A DNA stretch of 64,000 nucleotides from Promethearchaeota archaeon (GCA_019058365.1 JAHPZE010000003.1:160001-224000), one strand, 5' to 3'; positions 1 through 10,919 are shown, counted from the first letter of the stretch. A program made the numbers and translations. The notes: generated by a model not told the origin, from the letters alone.

Positions 1-503
1 TAGGTGGAGGTGATGGAAAATTAATAATTTTGATATTTATTACTCATCCCCTAGAATATTTAAATCTAAATTTTGTTACTTCTTACTTTTTATTACTTTC
101 ATTCTTTTTTATGGCAAAATTCATATTAAATTATTTTTTAAATAATATACTTAACGTAAATTCTTCATTTATTACTTTCTTTAACTTAAATTTAAGATAT
201 TCAATTTTCAAGAGATTTTTTATTAAAAGCTTCTATAGATTCTTACAATTTTCAAAATTAAGTGATTATCAGGAAGAGAAAATTAGACTTAAATCCATTT
301 TTCTAGTTTTTAATTATAAAAAAAGATCAATCGAAATATTAGTTCAACTCCGTTCACCATTTATCATAATAATTATACTTACTTACTTATCTGTCTGCAT
401 AATAAAACTAATGTTTTAAAAATAAAGAACAGATTAATTTTATATTAAATAATTTTTATTAAATTAATGAATTTTAATAATTTTTTAATGTGAAAAATAA
501 AAA

Positions 504-899
504 ATGGAAATTGAAAAAACAAGAGAAACTTCATGGAAAATTCAATTAAAAAAAAAAAATGAAATTATTGAAATAACTTCTGTTGAGATTAGTGGTGAAG
601 TCCGGATTATCAAACTAGCTCTTATTAATAATGATAATACAGTAAGAGTTGAGATGAACAAAGAAGAATTTTTTAACTTCCTTTCTTTAATTTCAGCTTT
701 TAAAGACGTTGTTATTGGAGAAGAACCTCTTATTATTGATGAAGAATTGAAATTGATTGAAAATGAGCAGCAAGAGACTCAAGAAGAAGTACCAAAATTA
801 AATGGTAATTTATTTCAAATAAAGACTGATACTACTGAAAAACAGATTGAAGACAATGATAATGAGGAATTGAATCCAGAAGAATGGGATCCTTGGTGA
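504..899 (+). CDS. Hypothetical protein, possible PC4/PUR-like ssDNA-binding fold with acidic C-terminal tail
   Basis: 131-aa ORF; beta-rich N-terminus followed by amphipathic helix (VEMNKEEFFNFLSLI); acidic tail ending EEWDPW. Confidence 0.45.
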   Translation: MEIEKTRETSWKIQLKKKNEIIEITSVEISGEVRIIKLALINNDNTVRVEMNKEEFFNFLSLISAFKDVVIGEEPLIIDEELKLIENEQQETQEEVPKLNGNLFQIKTDTTEKQIEDNDNEELNPEEWDPW

Positions 900-908
900 G
901 ACTTTTAT

Positions 909-1397
909 TTATTTTATCCTTTCTATTTTGTATTCACAGTAATCTAATCTTAATTCCTCTAAACAGCATTGAGTTTCAGACACATTTACTCTATAAAGTG
1001 CAAATTCTCCAATACCAGTTAATAATCCCGTCACAAAATAACAGAAATATTTAGATTTGTTTTCCAATTCTGAGGAAATATTATGAAAAAGATCTATGAT
1101 TATTAAATCCTCAGTAATTTTTTTTAGTTCGAAACGCCCCCATCCATGATTACTCAAAATATTACAGCATTGATTCATTAAATCTTCTAATGTTTTTGGT
1201 TTTAAATTTTCATCCCAATTCTGAATTAATGTCCAACCTGCCTTCTTACCGAGCCAAACTAATAAAGATTTTACTCCCTCTCCATAAATAGAGGATAAAA
1301 TATCGAGTACTTGAGGGGGAAAAAATACAAATCGATCATTATATAGGTGATACTTCCCCTTGCTATACTTAAACCCTTTCAATTTTAAATTTCTCAT
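909..1397 (-). CDS. V4R-domain protein (Bet3/TRAPP-related fold)
   Basis: GWGRFE, CYFVTGLLTGIGE and ETQC..C motifs typical of V4R domains. Confidence 0.8.
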   Translation of the reverse strand: MRNLKLKGFKYSKGKYHLYNDRFVFFPPQVLDILSSIYGEGVKSLLVWLGKKAGWTLIQNWDENLKPKTLEDLMNQCCNILSNHGWGRFELKKITEDLIIIDLFHNISSELENKSKYFCYFVTGLLTGIGEFALYRVNVSETQCCLEELRLDYCEYKIERIK

Positions 1398-1568
1398 AAT
1401 ATTAATCAGCGTTTTTTCTTATATAATCTTTTGTAACAATTATATCGTTAATAAAAACTTAATTTTGTCAAATATAATAAGGTTAATTCAGATCAGTATT
1501 GTTAAAAATTTAATTTGCAATTATATTATGAGTCCTTTAAATACTTTAAGAATCATATTGTTTAAGGA

Positions 1569-1868
1569 ATGTTAGAGTTCAGTATTTTTTTATTTGAGTT
1601 TTTATTGATGTTTAGTATAATTATATTCATCTTTATATATTCTGCAATTTCTGTTGATATGCTAACAACTTTGATTTCTTTATTAATTTTCTTAATTATA
1701 TTAGTTCCCTTTTATTTAGTAATATATAAATTTGAAATTTTTGTATATATTAATAATTTAGAAAACATTAATTTTTTCAAATTCCTTTTTTTTTATTCTA
1801 AACTCATAAATGTGTTTATTGGGATGTATTTAGTTATAGAATTATTCTATCTTTTCATAATTTCTTAA
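1569..1868 (+). CDS. Small hypothetical membrane protein
   Basis: 99 aa with about 3 hydrophobic segments; fills the gap between flanking genes. Confidence 0.5.
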   Translation: MLEFSIFLFEFLLMFSIIIFIFIYSAISVDMLTTLISLLIFLIILVPFYLVIYKFEIFVYINNLENINFFKFLFFYSKLINVFIGMYLVIELFYLFIIS

Positions 1869-1885
1869 TTAAGCATTATCTTACT

Positions 1886-3412
1886 TTAGACAATATTCAT
1901 TATATTTATAAATGAAGAGATAAACGTTAAGATGAAGAGTAAGTTAGAAATTATGATTATTAAAAATTTGTTCTGGTATTTAATAATATTCAAGAAATTA
2001 TTGGAAGTAATGGATATACTTGAGATAAATACGAAGGATAGTAAGATTATATAGTAAAAATTTATTATATTATTAAAACCAATTGAAATTGTAGGAGTTA
2101 TTGAATTTATATTTCTTGTCATTACCACGAAAAAAGGAAACATTCCTGAAATTGCCCCAATTAAGATCGGTAGGAGGAAAATGAAGAAGAAAATTTTAAA
2201 TTTCTCTCCTTTTATAATTAAATTTAGTTTTTTTTCCAATTTTTGATGTTTATATACAAGGTTTATAATATCAATTATTTTTTCAGAAGATAGTTTTGAA
2301 TTTTCATCTACAAATTTCTCGATTGCATCTAAGATTAAATTATAACGTATAGATTTTAGTTCTAACTTAAAAAATTGGATTATATCATGAAATGAACAAT
2401 TAAAATTCAAGAGATGAGTTAATTGATTTTTTATGGTTTGTTTAAGAATCTCATATTCATTTTTATTCTGCGTGTATGATTTTAAAAAAGATTTTTCAGG
2501 CGAAATATTGTTTTTTAAATTCATCGCAAAACTTTTTAAAAACAATAAAAATTCATTAAATTTTTTCTTTTCTATATTTGAGTTGTTATTTAGAAAACCA
2601 ATCAAATAAGTATTTTTATGAACAAATTTGGAACTTAAAAAATTTAATAAGTACAAATAGAAAGGAATTAGTAAGATTAGAATTATTAAGTTAATTAATT
2701 GAAATAATATCAAAAAACATAATCCTATTGGAAAAAATGTACCAATAAAAAAGATAATACTAATTTTTGATTGAACTTCTCTTAAAAAGATTTTATAGTT
2801 TTTTTGTAGCGTATTTTCTCTAAACTCATTAAATTCAGCCCTAGATTCAAAATTATTGATTATTAAATTTTTTAAATATAGATTAAAATCCTTAGAAGGC
2901 GTTATTGTCTTTAATAACTCGGCTTCTGGTGTACTCCCTTCATGAATTCTTTTTAATATGTTTTTAAAATCACCTGAAATTGGAATCTGATAATTTTTAA
3001 TTAACTTAATAAAACTAATACAATAATCGGAATTCTTTTTTAAAGTTTTACAAATTAATGAAAAATCTATCTTGATTAAATATAGTATTGCATTAATTTC
3101 TGATTCTTTTTTGTTAATTTCTTGATAGAGAATTGCATTAAATTTATACGAGAGAGCCAAGGATAAAATTACTGAATATAAAATTACTATTATAAGGTTT
3201 AAATCTATTAGAATTAATGAAAGTAATATAATTAAGCTAAATGATGATAAAAAGATTATAAAACTTGCCCTATAAATGTTATCTTGATTAATATTATATA
3301 AATTTCTGTAGAAATAATTATAGCTTTCATTCAATACCTTAAATTTCAATTTAGGTAAATTATGATTCTTGAATTTATTACAAAATGCGATATATTTTCC
3401 GAGATTTTTCAT
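1886..3412 (-). CDS. Type II/IV secretion platform membrane protein (TadB/TadC, T2SS-F-like, two repeats)
   Basis: Two soluble helical domains each followed by TM hairpins; same operon as the secretion ATPase. Confidence 0.7.
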   Translation of the reverse strand: MKNLGKYIAFCNKFKNHNLPKLKFKVLNESYNYFYRNLYNINQDNIYRASFIIFLSSFSLIILLSLILIDLNLIIVILYSVILSLALSYKFNAILYQEINKKESEINAILYLIKIDFSLICKTLKKNSDYCISFIKLIKNYQIPISGDFKNILKRIHEGSTPEAELLKTITPSKDFNLYLKNLIINNFESRAEFNEFRENTLQKNYKIFLREVQSKISIIFFIGTFFPIGLCFLILFQLINLIILILLIPFYLYLLNFLSSKFVHKNTYLIGFLNNNSNIEKKKFNEFLLFLKSFAMNLKNNISPEKSFLKSYTQNKNEYEILKQTIKNQLTHLLNFNCSFHDIIQFFKLELKSIRYNLILDAIEKFVDENSKLSSEKIIDIINLVYKHQKLEKKLNLIIKGEKFKIFFFIFLLPILIGAISGMFPFFVVMTRNINSITPTISIGFNNIINFYYIILLSFVFISSISITSNNFLNIIKYQNKFLIIIISNLLFILTFISSFINIMNIV

Positions 3413-3425
3413 TTAATTAACATTT

Positions 3426-3848
3426 TTAGTATAAATTAATAATATTAACTTTTATCAAAATAGAACATCGAGAAATATTTAAAAGATATTCTTTGGGTAG
3501 AATTTGGTGAAAGTTACAATTTATAAATGTCTCATTGTATTCTAAAATTTTATAACAAATTTTTTCTTCAATAATGAATTCATATTTAACAATATGGTTA
3601 TAAAAAGTGATGTTTAAATTACCCGGATATTGTATTTTTTTAAGATATATTTCATCTGTATTTTCAACAACGTAGTCAATACCCTGGTTAATTTCCTCAA
3701 TAATTTTCATATAGGCGTCTAATTCATTCTTTTCAATATGATTAAATTCTGTTAACCTTCCAAGAAAGGGAATTAATATTGAAGAAAAAATCGTTAGAGT
3801 AAAAATCCCAAACCCAATTAGTAGCGTTTTTTCTATTAGGTTTGTCAT
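3426..3848 (-). CDS. Pilin-like protein (minor pilin candidate)
   Basis: N-terminal NLIEKTLLIGFGIF hydrophobic helix resembles the Flp pilin at 15985-16185; lies between ATPase and platform genes. Confidence 0.6.
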   Translation of the reverse strand: MTNLIEKTLLIGFGIFTLTIFSSILIPFLGRLTEFNHIEKNELDAYMKIIEEINQGIDYVVENTDEIYLKKIQYPGNLNITFYNHIVKYEFIIEEKICYKILEYNETFINCNFHQILPKEYLLNISRCSILIKVNIINLY

Positions 3849-3864
3849 ATAAATGAATATTAAT

Positions 3865-6045
3865 TTAAGGATTTAAACTTCTATTCTTTTTCCATTTATT
3901 CCAAAAGTGTTCTAATTGGTCTATAGTTCTTAAGGAATAATATGAAATTTTATGAAAGAAATCAACTAGCTCACTATTTCTTAATTTTTTATTATGTAAT
4001 AAAAATTCGAATATTTGATTGAATATTTTAATGAATGATAAGAACCTCTCTTTAGTTAAAGCTATATATTTTGTTAATTCAACAATCACATTTGTTTCAT
4101 AAAGGGGTTTTTTCAATAACCATTCTTCAGCTTCCGGATTATATTCAAAAATTGAATTACAAATTGAAATTTTTGTATCACTGGATTTACTAATTTCAAA
4201 TACACCTACAACCCTTCTTTTATTAAAATCTTTTTTCATTAAAATAATTAGATCAAGATCATTTAGACATGATCTATTTATATTGAAGTGATAAATAAAA
4301 CGATTTATAAGCGAATCAATATCTTTTGAGTGGATTGTTTGAAAACCCCTTAATCCAGCAGCAAGACAATGAAACATAGCTTCTGCTTCTTCCTTTGTTA
4401 AAATCTCTCCTAAGTAGATAGTATCCGGTGTTCTATGTAAAAGAGTTTTGATTTGATTGCTTTTTGAATAATTACTTGATATTGATTCTTCTAAGGAGTC
4501 TACCCTATATTTTAATTGATGTTTACAATATTCAAATTCATTTAATGATTCTGTAATATTTTCAATATATATCTTTCGAAATTCTTTTGGTGTCAATAAA
4601 TCTAAAGCATTAATTAGTGTTGTTTTTCCAGTATCAGTTTCACCTGTAACTGTAATATTTTTTCTTCTGATAATAGTGAAATACAAAAATGCTGCTATTA
4701 ATGGATCTATGGTTCTATTTTTTAGTAAATCTTGTATAGTTAGAATATTTTTATTTAACTTTCTTATATCTAAAGCAAAATTATTAATTTGGATAGGCTC
4801 TACATCGATAGAAAATCTACAATGAAAATGTTTATTCTTAATAACAAATTTTATACTTGGATTCATAAAATCGAGCCTCTGACCACTATATAATCTAATT
4901 AATGTTTTAATTCGTTCGATTTCTTTCGAATTAAATCTTATTTGTGTTCGACATCGGCCATAGGTTTGATGATTTATGTAAACTTCATCTTTTGGTGAAT
5001 CAAGGAATATTTCTTCAATAAAATCATCAATTAATAAGGGAAATAATTTTTCTAAGTTTAATTTTTTTAATACTGTAATAAAACCTATTTTTTTATTCGC
5101 AGATTTTGATAACTTATATTTTGAATCTAATACTTTTAGAGCTTCTCTTTTATAGATTTTTATTAAATTTGCTAAGGAAATTAATTGATCAAATTCAGCA
5201 ATTTCTATATTTTGATGGAGAGATTGACTTATTTGTTCGAAGTAATCCTCTTGTTGTTCTCCCTTATAGAAAAAATCCACTATGTAATTTTTTTCAATTT
5301 CATTTGAGTTTTCATAAATTTTTACCTTAAAAACATCATATTTTCCAGTATTATATGACTGTAATAATATTTTTTCATTAAATACGCTTCCAATTTGAAG
5401 TTTTTCAATGGAATTAAATAGAAATGATTTTCCTAAAAAGATATACTGATAGAAATTATCAACATTTTTAGAATTTCCACTTTCTGTTTGAAAATCTTTA
5501 AATTTTTGTATTATTTTCAAATTATTTAGAAGTCTAAGGACAAACTTTTCTGATGTTTTAATAGAATTAATACAATTTTGACAAATTGAATCATTAACAT
5601 CATTTTTCTTCAAATAAGAAATTCTATTTTTAAAATTGAGATAAACTATAACTGGATTATAATATTCGTATTCCTTAATTTTATAGAAAAAAAAAAAATT
5701 CGGCAGATTCTTACATTTAAATTCTTTATAATTACATTTTTCATCTCTAATCTTTTTGATTTTGTAATTTACTCTTCTAATTTTTTTTAAAATCTTGAAA
5801 TAATCTAAAAATAATTTGATTTGATCAGCATTAACTAAAATCTCATTGCATAATATTGAGAGAAAGTCAAATTTTCTATCTCGGTATTTATATAAAATGT
5901 TTAAAAAACAATAAATGCATTTTTCGGATTTAAAGAAATCATTTTCATTATGAGGGCAATTATGACAATCTAAAACCAAAAATATGTCTTTTTTACCTTC
6001 CAAATTATCTTTTTCTGTAAAATAAATTAGATCTTTCAAAGCCAT
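3865..6045 (-). CDS. Type II/IV secretion ATPase (TadA/CpaF/VirB11 family) with Cys-rich N-terminal extension
   Basis: Walker A GETDTGKTT, Walker B YLGEI, His box TIHS, IRK motif. Confidence 0.88.
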   Translation of the reverse strand: MALKDLIYFTEKDNLEGKKDIFLVLDCHNCPHNENDFFKSEKCIYCFLNILYKYRDRKFDFLSILCNEILVNADQIKLFLDYFKILKKIRRVNYKIKKIRDEKCNYKEFKCKNLPNFFFFYKIKEYEYYNPVIVYLNFKNRISYLKKNDVNDSICQNCINSIKTSEKFVLRLLNNLKIIQKFKDFQTESGNSKNVDNFYQYIFLGKSFLFNSIEKLQIGSVFNEKILLQSYNTGKYDVFKVKIYENSNEIEKNYIVDFFYKGEQQEDYFEQISQSLHQNIEIAEFDQLISLANLIKIYKREALKVLDSKYKLSKSANKKIGFITVLKKLNLEKLFPLLIDDFIEEIFLDSPKDEVYINHQTYGRCRTQIRFNSKEIERIKTLIRLYSGQRLDFMNPSIKFVIKNKHFHCRFSIDVEPIQINNFALDIRKLNKNILTIQDLLKNRTIDPLIAAFLYFTIIRRKNITVTGETDTGKTTLINALDLLTPKEFRKIYIENITESLNEFEYCKHQLKYRVDSLEESISSNYSKSNQIKTLLHRTPDTIYLGEILTKEEAEAMFHCLAAGLRGFQTIHSKDIDSLINRFIYHFNINRSCLNDLDLIILMKKDFNKRRVVGVFEISKSSDTKISICNSIFEYNPEAEEWLLKKPLYETNVIVELTKYIALTKERFLSFIKIFNQIFEFLLHNKKLRNSELVDFFHKISYYSLRTIDQLEHFWNKWKKNRSLNP

Positions 6046-6177
6046 TTAAACATTTTTTATAAAGAAGAATTTAAATAACCCACTTTTATCTCTAAGGGAA
6101 TATTAGTAAATAAAAATCTAAATGAAAAAATTTATTTATTTTAAAAAATTTATTTCCAAAAGTTAATGTGATAAAGG

Positions 6178-7197
6178 ATGGGTCATCGTAAGAAACACGC
6201 TCCAAGACATGGGTCGCTAGCATTTCTTCCTAGAAAGAGAGCAACGCAAATAAAAGGTCGAGTAAGACATTGGTTAGATAGCTCAGATGAGATTAATTTT
6301 CTTGGTTTTGCTGGATTTAAAGCGGGAATGACTCATATAACCTATATAGAGGATCAAAGAAATAGTCCTTATTATGGAAAAGAATTGATGAAGCCAGTAA
6401 CAGTAATTGAAGTCCCTCCATTAATCCTGATAGGGATAAGAGTCTATAATGAAGATGAATATGGTAAGTATATTGTTGGAGAGCTATATACTCATGAATT
6501 TAATAATTATTTATCTAGGAAAATAAATCTTCCAAATTTAGTTAATTATGATCCTAAAGTGTCTAAAAAAGAAATTCTAAAAGTTTTAAATGACAAAAGT
6601 GAAATTCGAGGCATTTTTCAAACGCAACCATACCACACATCATTACCCAGAAAAAAACCAGATATTATTGAAGTAAAAATTAATTCAATAAACCAATCTA
6701 AGGATGAATTTGATTTCGCTTATAAAAGTTTGGGTAAAGAAATAAGAGCACGAGACGTTTTAGCTGAGGGGGGGTTAGTAGATGTAGTTAGCATTACTAA
6801 AGGAAAAGGTTTCCAAGGTCCTGTTAAAAGATTCGGAATTAAAATTCTAACTCGCAAAAATAATAAAATAAAGAGAGCTGTTGCATGTATTGGTCCGTGG
6901 CATCCCGCTAGAGTTCTCTATACAGTTCCACGTGCTGGACAATTAGGATTTCACCAAAGAACAGAATACCATAAAAGAATTATGGTAATTGGCGAAAATG
7001 AGGAAGAAATTAACCCAAAAGGGGGTTTTATAAGATATGGGAAAATTCGAGGAGATTACATATTGATTTTAGGGTCTATTCCTGGATCTAAAAAAAGATT
7101 AATTAGATTAAGAAAAACTATCAGACCATTAAGATCTTTTGTTGTAAATACTCCTGAAATTACATTTATTAGCCGAGAGAGTCAACAAAGAAGATAA
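6178..7197 (+). CDS. rpl3: 50S ribosomal protein L3 (uL3)
   Basis: PRHGSLAFLPRKRA, GFKAGMTH, TKGKGFQGPVKRFG motifs. Confidence 0.98.
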   Translation: MGHRKKHAPRHGSLAFLPRKRATQIKGRVRHWLDSSDEINFLGFAGFKAGMTHITYIEDQRNSPYYGKELMKPVTVIEVPPLILIGIRVYNEDEYGKYIVGELYTHEFNNYLSRKINLPNLVNYDPKVSKKEILKVLNDKSEIRGIFQTQPYHTSLPRKKPDIIEVKINSINQSKDEFDFAYKSLGKEIRARDVLAEGGLVDVVSITKGKGFQGPVKRFGIKILTRKNNKIKRAVACIGPWHPARVLYTVPRAGQLGFHQRTEYHKRIMVIGENEEEINPKGGFIRYGKIRGDYILILGSIPGSKKRLIRLRKTIRPLRSFVVNTPEITFISRESQQRR

Positions 7198-7219
7198 TTT
7201 AATACAATCTGGTGATATT

Positions 7220-8008
7220 GTGGATAAAGTCAATGTTTATAATTTGGATGGCAAGAAAAAAGGGCTTATTGATAAACCAAAAATATTTGATGTAAAACCA
7301 AGAATTGATCTTATTCAGATTGTAAGTGCATCCGCTCAAAGTAAAAATAAACAGGTTCAAGGAAGAGATAAGAGAGCAGGGTTAAGAAATACTGCTGAAA
7401 GTTGGGGGACAGGACACGGGATGTCTAGAGCTCCTAGAATCCAAGGTAGTGGGTTTATTACAGCAAGGCAGGTGGGACGAGTCCCTTTTGCTAAGGGGGG
7501 GCGAAGGACACATCCAATAAAAACAGAAAAAAAGATTAAGAAAAAAATTAACAAACAGATCAATAAACAATCAATAATTTCTGCAATTTCTGCATCTGGT
7601 GAAAAAACTTGGATTCAAAAAGGGGGATTTATTATTGAAAATGTACCTGAAATCCCTTTAGTTGTCGATGATAAAATCCAAACAATAAAAAAAACCAAAA
7701 AAATTTATTCAATATTATGTAATTTGGGATTAAAAGAGGATTTAATTAAAATTAAGAAAAGCAGAAAGATTAGAGCAGGAAAAGGAAAGTCAAGAGGTCG
7801 AAAGTATAAAAAAAAGAAGGGAATTTTAATCGTAATTAAAGAGGATTATGGAATTATTAAATCCTCAAGAAATATTCCTGGAACAAGTGTTATTAGAGTG
7901 GAAAATTTATCAATTAAAACATTAACACCCGGTGGCATATCTGGTAGATTGATTCTTTGGACTCAATCTGCTTTCAATGAATTAAATAATTATGAGGTGC
8001 TAATTTAG
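7220..8008 (+). CDS. rpl4: 50S ribosomal protein L4 (uL4)
   Basis: AESWGTGHGMSRAPR, RAGKGKSRGRKY motifs; follows rpl3. Confidence 0.97.
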   Translation: MDKVNVYNLDGKKKGLIDKPKIFDVKPRIDLIQIVSASAQSKNKQVQGRDKRAGLRNTAESWGTGHGMSRAPRIQGSGFITARQVGRVPFAKGGRRTHPIKTEKKIKKKINKQINKQSIISAISASGEKTWIQKGGFIIENVPEIPLVVDDKIQTIKKTKKIYSILCNLGLKEDLIKIKKSRKIRAGKGKSRGRKYKKKKGILIVIKEDYGIIKSSRNIPGTSVIRVENLSIKTLTPGGISGRLILWTQSAFNELNNYEVLI

Positions 8009-8272
8009 ATGGAAGAATTCTATAAAATTATTAAAAGACCGTTAATTACTGAAAAAACTTTTGATTTAATCGAAAAGGAGAATAAACTGGTCTTTATAGT
8101 AAATAGACAAGCAAATAAAAATCAAATTAAAAGAGCTATTGAAAAATTACACAATGTAAAAGTAAAAAAAGTTAATACTATGATTACTCCAAAAGGAGAG
8201 AAAAAAGCTTTTATAAAGCTACACCCCGAATATTCCGCCCAAGACATTGCAATTGATTTAGGTATTTTTTAG
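8009..8272 (+). CDS. rpl23: 50S ribosomal protein L23 (uL23)
   Basis: [24 protein letters not shown] motifs. Confidence 0.97.
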   Translation: MEEFYKIIKRPLITEKTFDLIEKENKLVFIVNRQANKNQIKRAIEKLHNVKVKKVNTMITPKGEKKAFIKLHPEYSAQDIAIDLGIF

Positions 8273-9391
8273 ATAATAATTACTTTTAAATTCTTGGCAA
8301 TTAAATTTTTGTATGTCTTTTGGATTGATTATTTTAATATTTTCCACTAATTTTATTGATTTAGCTTTTATTAGTTTCTTATATCCCAATTCATTTAATA
8401 TTAGAATATAAATAATATATTTTGGATAATATTTTTTAAGGATTCTTAGAATATATTTAGAATCTATATTTTCTAATATAATAAACAAATAACTGTGTTC
8501 AATAAACATTAGGTTATCACCCAGTCTTACATATTCAATTTGATTATTTAATAGATTTTGTTCAAATTTCTTATTGATTTCTGGTAAAGACAGTGGTATA
8601 GAATTAATTTTAGGAAAAAATAGATCTAAAAAATCATTTAAAAAATAAAAGGTGTCTTTTATTTCTAATCTCCAAAGATAATTAAAAATTGTCCTAATTT
8701 TAATATCTTGTTTCTTAATTAAGTTACTTTGAAAAAAGTCATTAATGCTATTCTCAAGATTAATTGTATTTTCAACATTTTCACATTCTTCGACAAAGTA
8801 AAAGGATATTTTAATATCATCATTATTATCTGTTTTAAAATTAATAATTAAAACTCCTTTACTCCCTAAATTCTTTATTAGATTTAAGAAGTCTAATATG
8901 AATGATTTTTTTTTTTTAATAAAATCTAAATTAATAAGAAAAAAACTAAAAACCTTTGAATTATTGTCATTTGAAATTTTTATTGATTCAGATAATTTGG
9001 TGACAAAAGAATTAGAATTTATTTCTTGAGAGATATTAGATAAAAATTTGGTTTCTAAATCTTTCTCTTTTAAAAATTTAGCAGAATTATGAGTTTCAAA
9101 TATGTTTTGTTGGATAAAATTAAAGGATTTGATTATTCTTTCTCTTTTAGAATCTTCAAAGTTTAAAAATAATAATTTTTCACAATTTTTACGAGTATCT
9201 ATTTGGATAGTGTAATATTGAATTAGTCTTTTTCTTAGAAATTCATTTAAAACGGATAAAATTGATTTAGAATTTTTATAAACAAGTATAGCGAATGCAA
9301 TGATTTTATCATTTTTTCTTATACTCTTATAGTAAATAAGGTGATTTTCAATCAAATAGTTGAATAGTTTATACTTTCCCTTTTTAACCAT
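8258..9391 (-). CDS. Hypothetical protein
   Basis: 377-aa open frame, no recognised motif. Confidence 0.6.
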   Translation of the reverse strand: MVKKGKYKLFNYLIENHLIYYKSIRKNDKIIAFAILVYKNSKSILSVLNEFLRKRLIQYYTIQIDTRKNCEKLLFLNFEDSKRERIIKSFNFIQQNIFETHNSAKFLKEKDLETKFLSNISQEINSNSFVTKLSESIKISNDNNSKVFSFFLINLDFIKKKKSFILDFLNLIKNLGSKGVLIINFKTDNNDDIKISFYFVEECENVENTINLENSINDFFQSNLIKKQDIKIRTIFNYLWRLEIKDTFYFLNDFLDLFFPKINSIPLSLPEINKKFEQNLLNNQIEYVRLGDNLMFIEHSYLFIILENIDSKYILRILKKYYPKYIIYILILNELGYKKLIKAKSIKLVENIKIINPKDIQKFNCQEFKSNYYLKNT

Positions 9392-9423
9392 ATCATTAAT
9401 AATTTTGACAAGAATTATAAAAA

Positions 9424-9456
9424 CTGATACTTTTTATTAATCATTTTAAGTATCAG
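9424..9456. promoter_or_regulatory. Inverted repeat, operator-like
   Basis: CTGATACTT-N15-AAGTATCAG in the divergent intergenic region. Confidence 0.35.
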
Positions 9457-9644
9457 AAATTCATAATTTCAACCTATTGTAATAGTTTTTTGAAATAATA
9501 ATATTTTTGAGAAATTTAATATTTGTACATTAAAATAGCTGAATAGATATTCTTAACTTTAATCTAATTACTATCAATTAAAACATTAATGTTAAAACAA
9601 AACTTAAAAATCATTTCCATGTTATATTAAATAAATTTCTAATT

Positions 9645-10919
9645 TTGGTGGTAGAATTGTTAAATTCTATTAAGGAGTTTTTGTTAAGTTTAAATCCAGA
9701 TATTATAATTCAAGCACCATCAAGAATAAATTTAATAAATCCCTTAGATGCTGTTGAAGGAGATTTTTGGATGCCGTCAGTAGCGATCAATGGGGAAAAG
9801 AACCCACTTTCAGTATTCTTTTATATTAAAAATATTGTCAATAAGAGTAAATTAAAAATATATAATTTAAAAATTGAACGTAAAAAATATTCTTTCGAAC
9901 TAATTAGAGATGAAAAATTGTTAAAGAGTGAAGATGAAATCAGGCGAAAAATTGAGGGGCAAGACAAGTTAATTTATGCTAGTATCGCTAGATTCTTTAG
10001 AATGAGTTCTTATTTTGAAGAAATGTTTAAAAAAACTAACTTCGAAATTGGGTTAATTTCAACAATTCCTTTACAAAGTGGTTTAGGTGGTAGCGCTGCT
10101 ATAATAATTGCCATTCTTTATGGATTTGCAAATTATTTCAATATTTTTAATAACTTAAAATATGTGAAGAAAAATGAATTTCCAATAAATAAATATATAA
10201 TAGCAGAAATGGCGACTAAAATTGAGGATGAAGATTTAAAAATTACATCGGGTTATGGAGACCGATATGTAATAAGCAGGGGGGGATTGAGTTTTTGTTC
10301 CTATTATGGTAAGCTTTCCCATAAAGAAATTTCAAAAGAACCTTTAGCAATCTATGATAGAATCGATAAAGTATACAATTTAAATGATATTCCTATAATT
10401 GTTTGTTATTCGGGAGTACTTCATGAAAGTGGGGAAATCCATAGGAAGTTAAGGAAACTCTATTTAGAAAGCAATCCTGAGATTATAAAAAGCTATAAAG
10501 AGTTAGGAAAAATAGCTTGGAAGTCTAGATTTGCTATAATGTGTCGTAACTGGAAGGAGCTAGGAAAATATTTTAAGCAAAACACTATAATTATGAACAG
10601 GATAATGAAAGACGCGGGTTTTGAATATGGGATTGGACTAGCAAATAATATTTTAATCGAAATAATAGAAGAACATCCCGAGGTATATGCTGCTAAATTA
10701 ACTGGTGCTGGGGGTGGAGGCTCTGTTTTTGCATTGGTTAACGCAAATAAATTAGAAACCATCTTAAATTATTGGAAAGACAGACTAAATGAGATAATTA
10801 TAAATAAAGAAAAATTTTCTTCAAAATTTCCTTCATATCCATTAGAAATAACCAATAATTTGAAAAAGGCTCAATTTTTCCGAATTAAAATTGATAAAGA
10901 TGGAGTGAAAAAGTTATAA
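9645..10919 (+). CDS. GHMP-family kinase (sugar kinase-like)
   Basis: APSRINL, PLQSGLGGSAA, KLTGAGGGG motifs. Confidence 0.9.
   Translation: MVVELLNSIKEFLLSLNPDIIIQAPSRINLINPLDAVEGDFWMPSVAINGEKNPLSVFFYIKNIVNKSKLKIYNLKIERKKYSFELIRDEKLLKSEDEIRRKIEGQDKLIYASIARFFRMSSYFEEMFKKTNFEIGLISTIPLQSGLGGSAAIIIAILYGFANYFNIFNNLKYVKKNEFPINKYIIAEMATKIEDEDLKITSGYGDRYVISRGGLSFCSYYGKLSHKEISKEPLAIYDRIDKVYNLNDIPIIVCYSGVLHESGEIHRKLRKLYLESNPEIIKSYKELGKIAWKSRFAIMCRNWKELGKYFKQNTIIMNRIMKDAGFEYGIGLANNILIEIIEEHPEVYAAKLTGAGGGGSVFALVNANKLETILNYWKDRLNEIIINKEKFSSKFPSYPLEITNNLKKAQFFRIKIDKDGVKKL

Noticed and set aside
30-419. 129-aa ORF at window start
   Set aside because: F/L/N/I-rich translation typical of AT-rich non-coding DNA; no motif
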